This document shows positions 29,102-35,411 of a DNA stretch of 35,411 bases, in pieces. Numbering within the stretch: position 1 is the stretch's first letter; each line of letters starts with the position of its first letter. The notes beneath the pieces were generated by a model. The model was not told the origin of the DNA. It did not search any database and saw only the letters and a list, made by a program, of their open reading frames with translations. The position numbers and the translations under genes were made by a program. Location of the stretch: contig CAZVZC010000020.1 in assembly GCA_964631415.1 (NCBI GenBank), positions 1 to 35,411 of the forward strand, written 5' to 3'. This stretch comes from an uncultured archaeon (GTDB lineage: Archaea > Asgardarchaeota > Thorarchaeia > Thorarchaeales > Thorarchaeaceae).

Positions 29102-29482
29102 CTAGGGCTCGTTGAGCCATCCGACGGAAGCCACCACAAGGAGGACACCGAAGGCAATCCAAAGGAAGACTAGACCACCAAGATAGCCTGCGTAAAGTGT
29201 GACATCTAGATAACCCTGGATTCCTCCAAGTATGCCGGAAATGAATGTGAGCGCCATGCGCCTTGGACGGGTTCCTGCGTATGCCACGGCCGCTGTCGCT
29301 AGTACAAAGAGACTGCAGTCCACGAGAAGGAGTGGGCGGAGAAATGGCTCTGCGACAGAACTCATCGTCCACAACATGTACAGGAGAATCAGAGCCAGTC
29401 CGATAGCGAGCACGGAGTAGTAGACTAGAACGATTTTTGTCTTGGGCGCCAAGCGAATCACCTGAGGTCTGGCCTCGGACAT
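29102..29482 (-). CDS. Small 4-TM membrane protein of unknown function
   Basis: ATG start and four hydrophobic segments. Lies just downstream of the cassette array. Confidence 0.65.
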   Translation of the reverse strand: MSEARPQVIRLAPKTKIVLVYYSVLAIGLALILLYMLWTMSSVAEPFLRPLLLVDCSLFVLATAAVAYAGTRPRRMALTFISGILGGIQGYLDVTLYAGYLGGLVFLWIAFGVLLVVASVGWLNEP

Positions 29483-29556
29483 CCGGGAGAAACCGTCGTA
29501 GTGCTCTATTTAACTGCTTTGAGGAATGGGGCTCTGACTTCCAGTGACACCGGCTT

Positions 29557-29690
29557 CCGTGCCATCGACCGGGGTGGCATCTTCCGGCAAAGGCGCAGTC
29601 GGGTCACGCTTTGACAGGTCAGCGACTACACTGTTGTCGTGGACCCAAATGTCCACAAAACGGTAGCAGACAGCCACACGCTTCAAGGTG
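29557..29690 (-). pseudogene. Cassette conserved module, copy A (degenerate, no C-terminal domain)
   Basis: Reads YRFVDIWVHDNSVVADLSKRDPTAPLPED..PVDGT, homologous to copies B-D. The frame stops at 29510. Confidence 0.8.
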
Positions 29691-29699
29691 GTGGGGCAA

Positions 29700-29915
29700 T
29701 CAGGAGTCGGGTCGGTGCTCTTCCAGTGTTCTCTTTCCCTCCATGGCAGACAACTCACATTTCAGACCACCAGTTGGGTCAGGGCTCACACTGAGCGCCC
29801 TGAGGATGGCGAAAAGCGAAACGAACAACATCACGGGGACGGGCTGGTCGGAGAAGCCGAGGAGCTCTTCAGACCAGAGGATTCCCAAAGCAAGAAGCGG
29901 CAAGCCGAAGAACAT
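29700..29915 (-). pseudogene. Fragment of a small membrane partner-like gene
   Basis: Two hydrophobic segments, same strand as the array, positioned between a partner gene and module A. Confidence 0.35.
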
Positions 29916-29939
29916 GAGGAGTGACTCGAAGCATCGCGG

Positions 29940-30347
29940 CTAAGGCCCTTTGTTGTCTGTTGGACGGTCTTGCGGTTCATGTACCAGCTCATACTCTTTC
30001 GGTGGGCTCTGAGAAACCTTTCGATGAGTCGCCATGACTCCTGCAAGGGCGGTCAGTAGCATCCCGACTGAGACCCCGACCAACAGGACAACGAAGTCCA
30101 AGTGTGGAAATGCGCCCGCCCATCTAGCAGTAGCCAAAAGGACAAGAAAGCACACTACCCCAACGCTGCACCCTAAGCCAGAGAACCACAGAACCAACGA
30201 TTGTTCTTTGTCCGTCATCTTGCTCCATGGCTTTTTCCGTGTGCCAATCGCCTCGTAGACCAGTAAGTAACTCGAGAGGACTGAAAGTGACCATGACGCA
30301 ACCATAAGCAGCAACGAGAGCACCAGAGGATTCATCACTTCTTGCAC
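29940..30347 (-). CDS. Orphan 3-TM partner (putative immunity) protein
   Basis: GTG start with AGGTGA upstream. TM, basic loop, TM, TM, tail layout like the other partners. Confidence 0.65.
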   Translation of the reverse strand: MQEVMNPLVLSLLLMVASWSLSVLSSYLLVYEAIGTRKKPWSKMTDKEQSLVLWFSGLGCSVGVVCFLVLLATARWAGAFPHLDFVVLLVGVSVGMLLTALAGVMATHRKVSQSPPKEYELVHEPQDRPTDNKGP

Positions 30348-30491
30348 TGGGTTTCACCTTCCAATCGTCATGCCTTCTCTGTTGGTAGTTGCGGATCCGC
30401 GAGAGGGGATCATGTCGACGCCCTCCAATAAGACACACCGAAGAGCGCGGTTATTCTTAGTGTCACCGGCAGAAGTCCAACCGTTCTCTTT

Positions 30492-30872
30492 TCACCCCTG
30501 CTGCAACTCTTTATCCATCTCCAGAAGCACCTTGCGGACTTTGTGCTTCATGGGGATCCCGGCGATACTTACAATCAGGATAAGAGCAGTGGCTACCACT
30601 GGCGTGAAAGGAGAGGAATACCCCACGGCAATCTCGGTCAAGGGTGGCAGAATGTAGGTCCCCCAAATGGTGTATGCAACGATAGCGTTAGGAAGTAGGA
30701 CCATCATATCGAGAAGGAAGTCGCCCAGTCGAGTGTTGGCTGAATATGACTTGACTAGCCACCTCCTACGTCCTATATGCCACAGCATCGCTGCATGCGC
30801 TATCTCTCCAACTAGAAGTACGGATCCAGCCGATAAGAGCGCGAGGACCACTGCAAAGGCGAAGACCAACAT
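30492..30872 (-). CDS. 3-TM partner (putative immunity) protein of cassette B
   Basis: ATG at 30872, one nt after the cassette B stop. 126 aa with three hydrophobic segments. Confidence 0.65.
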   Translation of the reverse strand: MLVFAFAVVLALLSAGSVLLVGEIAHAAMLWHIGRRRWLVKSYSANTRLGDFLLDMMVLLPNAIVAYTIWGTYILPPLTEIAVGYSSPFTPVVATALILIVSIAGIPMKHKVRKVLLEMDKELQQG

Positions 30873-30873
30873 A

Positions 30874-31911
30874 CTAGAACACTCCGACGCGGCATTGAGC
30901 CGCGAATGACAGCAACAACAGCCCCGTGACCAGTAGCACGATTCTGATTGCCAGAGAACCAATAACGGTCGCTTGGGCCATTTCCCAAATGAACCAGATT
31001 GCTGGCGGGAAGACAAGGCTCACCACCACGGCTCCAAGCCATGCCAGCGCAGGAAGACCGAACAGGGTGCCGAGGCATCCCATTCCCAGAAGGAAGTAAA
31101 CCCACGCCGCCCACCCGAGTCCCTTCGCTCCCGACGCCAACCACGCGTCCACAGATATCCTGAGCGACACTATTGCACAGACCCACATAGCTACAGCGAA
31201 GGCTCCTGCGCCGCTTATGAAACCGAGGCCAGCAGTCCCTTCAATGAATCTTATCGCGAGAAGACATGCCGCGAGGAAGCTAGTGAAGAGAATGAAGGGT
31301 GCCAGCTCCTCAAGAGCCTCTCCCCAGAACTCTCGGTCGTCATCATCGGTCCATTCAGACCCCGTGTCAAACTGCAGGACAGTGACCTGATCGAGTAGGT
31401 CTCTCTTCCCATGGAAAGATGGTTCGACTTCCGGATGCTGACAATCTGGCGGTCGTTCTCTGACAAAGTGAAGCTCCGGCCACGGTCCGGTCCAGTAGAG
31501 TTGCAGTTCCGCGTTCACCTTGTCTAGGTCCGTCTGGAACGTCGCTTCGGGCTCAGGAGTTGCAGTTCCCTTAATCGTCCCATCGTAGTCCACGGGCTCG
31601 TCAGTGTCAGGCGCAGTGGGGTCATGCCTTGACAAGTCAGCGACCACGTTGATGTCATGGACGCGCACGTCGACCAGCGTGTATGAGGAGGCCCTCTGGC
31701 CGAGAGTGACCACGTACTTGATGACGCGTGAGGAGTTGTTGACCTCTGCTATGGGATAGCCGCTGCCGGACCCATCGATGCTCGAGTATATGGCGCCATC
31801 GCCTCCCTGCCACGGGTCCCACCAGACCTTCGCAGTCTTCTGGAAGGACGTGTAGATGTAGCCTGACGACTGAGAGTAGGGCGCGCCACGACACGTGGTT
31901 TCTGACCCCAA
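30874..31911 (-). CDS. Cassette B: conserved module plus variable multi-TM C-terminal domain (probably a 5'-truncated orphan)
   Basis: EVNNSSRVIKYVVTLGQR..SY.LVDVRVHDINVVADLSRHDPTAPD, then GPWPELH and about 5 TM helices. Only a TTG start, no signal peptide. Confidence 0.7.
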   Translation of the reverse strand: MGSETTCRGAPYSQSSGYIYTSFQKTAKVWWDPWQGGDGAIYSSIDGSGSGYPIAEVNNSSRVIKYVVTLGQRASSYTLVDVRVHDINVVADLSRHDPTAPDTDEPVDYDGTIKGTATPEPEATFQTDLDKVNAELQLYWTGPWPELHFVRERPPDCQHPEVEPSFHGKRDLLDQVTVLQFDTGSEWTDDDDREFWGEALEELAPFILFTSFLAACLLAIRFIEGTAGLGFISGAGAFAVAMWVCAIVSLRISVDAWLASGAKGLGWAAWVYFLLGMGCLGTLFGLPALAWLGAVVVSLVFPPAIWFIWEMAQATVIGSLAIRIVLLVTGLLLLSFAAQCRVGVF

Positions 31912-31933
31912 ACGGCCACCTTTGCGGCTTCTG

Positions 31934-32494
31934 TCATTCCTTGCGTTCTTGTCCTGGCTCTAGCCGTTTCAGGGCGTCCCTGAACGCTTGCCCAATCTCG
32001 TCATCGCGGGACAGAAGCCTCTGTTTTGCATGCATGTATTCTTTAACCATTACGTCATCGGGATCCAACTTCCTCATTTCTCCCAGGAGCGTTGAAAGCA
32101 GCCCATCCAGATGCCCGTTTCTGTAATTCTGTTCAATCGTGAGTTCTAACATCTGTTCTAACATCTCGCCGGGCTCCACATCCTTTCTTGCTGTTGCTTT
32201 GAATCGCTGCCCTATCAGCACGTAAGTGAATGCAGGTGCAGACATCAGAATGACTAGCACCACACCAACCTCAGGATGCGCCGCTTGAACCCACAACACA
32301 GGAAGAACCCAGAAAAGAAGCACCAGGAGCATGGCTTCGTATGCGGCAATGGCCCTTCGACGCGTACCGAAGACTCTGTGTCCTACGTTGCGCAGAGTGG
32401 ACGGCCCCCTGTTTCGAGAAGTCAGCAAATCTACGAATGCGAAGAACAAGACTATGCCACAACTCGCAATTGCCGCTAATCCGAATGTATCCAC
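31934..32494 (-). CDS. 3-TM plus helical-tail partner (putative immunity) protein of cassette C
   Basis: GTG start with AGGAGG overlapping the cassette C stop. C-terminal LLSRDDEIGQAFRDAL motif. Confidence 0.75.
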   Translation of the reverse strand: MDTFGLAAIASCGIVLFFAFVDLLTSRNRGPSTLRNVGHRVFGTRRRAIAAYEAMLLVLLFWVLPVLWVQAAHPEVGVVLVILMSAPAFTYVLIGQRFKATARKDVEPGEMLEQMLELTIEQNYRNGHLDGLLSTLLGEMRKLDPDDVMVKEYMHAKQRLLSRDDEIGQAFRDALKRLEPGQERKE

Positions 32495-32507
32495 GATTCA
32501 GGGCCTC

Positions 32508-33420
32508 CTAGGTGCTCCAACCCATAGCAAGGTAGTATCCAACATACCATGCGCAGGTCAACATGACGGCCATCTTGATAAAGGCCACTGCAAAGAACCA
32601 GATGCCTCTGTTGAATCCAGCTGGGGCTATCGGGAAGGGCTTACAGGCTTTGTAGAGCCTGTACATGAGCCAGCCCGCCGCAAGATCAGGACCTACGCCC
32701 GGGAATAGTAGCATAATCAGACTCAGGAAAGCGGCGGCCGCACCGTATGGATGCATCACATTGTTTTCCACTGCCCATTGGATAAATGCCACATACACTA
32801 AGAACAGGACGGTCCATGCGCCCAACATCGCCAAGAGGACCCAAATGCTGGTAAGCATAGCAAGCGGACTGGCAAGATTCTCGATTAGCATCAGCCCATA
32901 CTTCAATGCGAAAGCCAAACCCACTGGCGCCACGAATTTAACTAGGAACTCGGCCCACCCACTGTCCATCTGTTGAGCCACTGCGCCCATCTCTTCTTCT
33001 GTACCCTCGGCCTCTATGCTTGACGCAATCGACAAAGTATGCACCTGTATGTCTCCCAGGATATCGACCGAGATCAGCACATTGAATACGGTCTCGATCA
33101 CGTCAACGAGTTCTAGGAACAAGCGGGGCCAGAAGTTCACTAGAGCCCAGAATGCCTCTAGGGAAACACTCAGCAAGCTGAGCGTCTGTTCTCCCTCTTC
33201 CTGACCACACTCAGGAGTGGGAGCGGTTCCATCGTTCTCCTCCGGGTCCGGTGCTGTCGGGTTGTGCCTTGTCAAGTCAGCGACGACGTTGATGTCATGG
33301 ATGCGCATGTCGACCAGCGAATACGAGTTGGACCTCTGTCCGACTGTGACCACGTACTTGATCACGCGGGAGCAGTTGTTGACCTAGATGATTGGGCATG
33401 AACCTATAGACCTGTCAATG
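32508..33420 (-). pseudogene. Cassette C: truncated conserved module plus variable multi-TM domain (open frame 32508-33385)
   Basis: 33251-33385 matches 31611-31745 at 114/135 nt by manual count. Upstream homology continues through an in-frame TAG (IDRSIGSCPII*VNN versus IDGSGSGYPIAEVNN in B). Confidence 0.75.
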
Positions 33421-33442
33421 AGGGGTCAACCTTTTCTGTGGG

Positions 33443-33870
33443 CTATGCCTCTATTCCGAGCTCCTCGATCTTCGCCCTTGCAGCACTTCCAAAGTCATCT
33501 GTGCGGCGCGCCATCAGAACCAAGAAGATCTTGCGGTCGCCAGGAGGGCAGCCATGACTGGGGTCCCGTATGTAGCTTACAATATAGTCTATGCCTTCAG
33601 CCGGACTACGACCCCCCATTGCCTCGACGTATCCGGCAATGTGCTCCTCAGGGCCCGGAGCAGAGGAGAACCTTTCTCTGTTGAGATACACTGCCGCCTT
33701 AAGGACGGCAAGATCACTGATGAGTGTCACCAACAGAATCATCGAGTAAGAATCACCCCGACCATCATCAGACCCTAGACTGATGTGATGAGGATTAATG
33801 TGGCGGAGTAGCAGAGAAGGTTCAATATGTGGCTTTCGAATACATGATGAGCAAACTGGTGTGCCAGCAG
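33443..33870 (-). pseudogene. Decayed orphan partner gene (intact part 33443-33742)
   Basis: C-terminus LMARRTDDFGSAARAKI shares the partner motif. The upstream hydrophobic frame (ILNLLCYSATLILITSV*GLMMVGVILTR*) has a stop and a frameshift. Confidence 0.6.
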
Positions 33871-34021
33871 TCAGCCCATCGCATCCTCTGCAACCTCCAG
33901 GTAAGCGATAGCAGCCAGCATTGGGATTCTTGGTGCCAACGCGCTCATTCCGGTCATATACTCACCAGAAACATTCGTCCTGAATACAGCCAGCCCGCCG
34001 ATAGAAGAGCTCTGTATATAA

Positions 34022-34546
34022 CTAGTCCTTCTGCTCGTAGTGGAGTGCCTTTCTGACGAAGTCCCCTAGCGAGTCCTGACGCAGTATCAGTGCATCCAAA
34101 GCGGCTCTAGCGTCCGGCTCAACTGCGGCTTCCTGAGTTAGCGCATCGATAGCGTGTTTCAGTTTGGCAGTGTTTCCTCTAGCGAATTGATAGTCGATGT
34201 GGGAAGTATAGAAGCCGGGGCCTTCGAGTCGCACTGAAGACCGGCGGTCCCTTGCCACGATCTCTCCAACCACCCCAACGGCTCCTCCGAATCCCGTCAA
34301 TAGAACAAAGGCGAGCCCAGATGCCTCTGCAATTCCGAAGTACATCACACAAGAGAACAAAGCGTACAAGTATGCGAGAACGAAGACCATGCATGTCCGG
34401 ACTCGTCCCTTGAAAATCTCGCCGCTGACCCTGGATAAAACCGAATTCTCTCGCCGTCCAAGGTGAATGCCGTCCAGCACCACAAGTAGAACGTACAGCA
34501 GTATCGATGTAATGAGGTTCAAGAGGTAGAGCATGCTGGTCACCAT
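34022..34546 (-). CDS. 3-TM plus helical-tail partner (putative immunity) protein of cassette D
   Basis: ATG at 34546 overlaps the cassette D stop (ATGGTGA). C-terminal LILRQDSLGDFVRKAL motif. Confidence 0.75.
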   Translation of the reverse strand: MVTSMLYLLNLITSILLYVLLVVLDGIHLGRRENSVLSRVSGEIFKGRVRTCMVFVLAYLYALFSCVMYFGIAEASGLAFVLLTGFGGAVGVVGEIVARDRRSSVRLEGPGFYTSHIDYQFARGNTAKLKHAIDALTQEAAVEPDARAALDALILRQDSLGDFVRKALHYEQKD

Positions 34547-35411
34547 CCATAAAGTTGTACGTGAAGCCAAGCGTAATGTAACGCCAAGTAGATGCATGTA
34601 ATGGAAGCCGAAACCTTCACGGCAATCGTGACTATGGTATAGAGGACTTGCAGCAATCTGATTTGCTTCCAGTGGGGATGGGTGGTTATCAGGTACTTCT
34701 GATACCACTCCTTACCTTGTTTCCATTGAGCGGATAGGCCACTACCCATGAAGTTCATAAAGCTGAGCCCCATAACGCAGAAACCTGCGGCAGCAGCTCC
34801 TGGGGACATCAGTTCCATGTCCACAGCACAGACCACGGCATACACCCAACAAGCGAATAACACTGCCCACGCGACATAGAGGGCTGTCATTGCCGCAATC
34901 CACGCGGGTATTGGCACCAACCCGGCAATATCAAGCAAAACGAGGGACACTCGCAGACTCAATGCAAACACACCTAGCTGACCACCCCACACCCTAAGAA
35001 GCTCATCCCACAACCCAGCACTGGCGGTCTGAATGAGCTCAATGGGGACACCATTTTCGAATGGCAAGAGCATACTTAGTGTTTCGAGAACTACATATTG
35101 AAGGATATCAATCGCGATTGTAAAACTGGCCACGCAGTCTTCTACATGCAGTACGGCCGGAATATGAAGCACGGGCCAGGGTCCGGTCGAATATGGCTGT
35201 TGAGCTGTTGCGCCTGCGTCGAGGCCACTATCGGCTGCCAGTCTGCTCTGGGGTTTCAGGAATCTCACAGACAACGCCTCAAGCTCGCCCTTATCCGTCC
35301 CATCGCACTCCACAGGCTCGTCGGGGTCAGGCGCCGTGGGGTCATGCCTTGCCAGATCAGCGACCACGTTGATGTCATGGATGCGCATGTCCACGAGCGA
35401 GTACGAAGAGT
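34540..35411 (-). CDS. Cassette D or 3' end of the full-length parent gene: conserved module plus variable multi-TM domain; frame open at the window edge
   Basis: SSYSLVDMRIHDINVVADLARHDPTAPDPDEPVECDGT, GPWPVLH and about 4 TM helices. No upstream stop within the window. Confidence 0.75.
   Translation of the reverse strand, partial: SSYSLVDMRIHDINVVADLARHDPTAPDPDEPVECDGTDKGELEALSVRFLKPQSRLAADSGLDAGATAQQPYSTGPWPVLHIPAVLHVEDCVASFTIAIDILQYVVLETLSMLLPFENGVPIELIQTASAGLWDELLRVWGGQLGVFALSLRVSLVLLDIAGLVPIPAWIAAMTALYVAWAVLFACWVYAVVCAVDMELMSPGAAAAGFCVMGLSFMNFMGSGLSAQWKQGKEWYQKYLITTHPHWKQIRLLQVLYTIVTIAVKVSASITCIYLALHYAWLHVQLYGW

Noticed and set aside
34547-34708. N-terminal extensions of partner ORFs (34708 and 31016 starts)
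   Set aside because: They run deep into the upstream cassette genes. ATGs coupled to the upstream stops (34546, 30872) are more plausible.
29557-35411. Diversity-generating retroelement (template/variable repeats)
   Set aside because: Differences between copies are not adenine-specific and are often synonymous. The repeats are the conserved part of the genes, and no reverse transcriptase is in the window.
29500-35411. Prophage or integrated virus
   Set aside because: No integrase, capsid, packaging ATPase or att-like repeats are visible.

Overview
Archaeal chromosomal DNA, most likely from an Asgard archaeon (inferred from a longin-like/wHTH gene, archaeal-type ApgM, GGR, MNT-HEPN, glycosylated membrane-anchored surface proteins and AGGTGA/AGGAGG ribosome-binding sites). 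From 1 to 29.5 kb it is mostly ordinary: two arylsulfotransferase-like surface proteins, VapBC and wHTH-MNT/HEPN toxin-antitoxin pairs, pyk/eno/apgM, a ferredoxin-like protein, MinD/ParA plus longin-wHTH, a broken peptide deformylase, a UPF0182 protein, an epimerase, a prenyl/quinone redox cluster (GGR, polyprenyl synthase, DoxD-like, MenA, GlcF/HdrD-like Fe-S protein, GlcD-NuoB fusion) and an ABC exporter. The standout is 29.5-35.4 kb on the minus strand. There, a conserved module (DxRxHDINVVADLxRH[D/N]PTAPD) recurs four times at about 1.6-2.1 kb spacing. Three copies are fused to a divergent multi-TM C-terminal domain and followed by a coupled small membrane partner gene, and orphan or decayed partners are interspersed. 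This is the layout of a polymorphic toxin/immunity or self/non-self recognition cassette array; any full-length parent gene would lie beyond the right edge. A ~180-bp non-coding element with terminal inverted repeats occurs twice, and one copy replaces the middle of the deformylase gene. All calls come from reading motifs by eye; no database searches were run.
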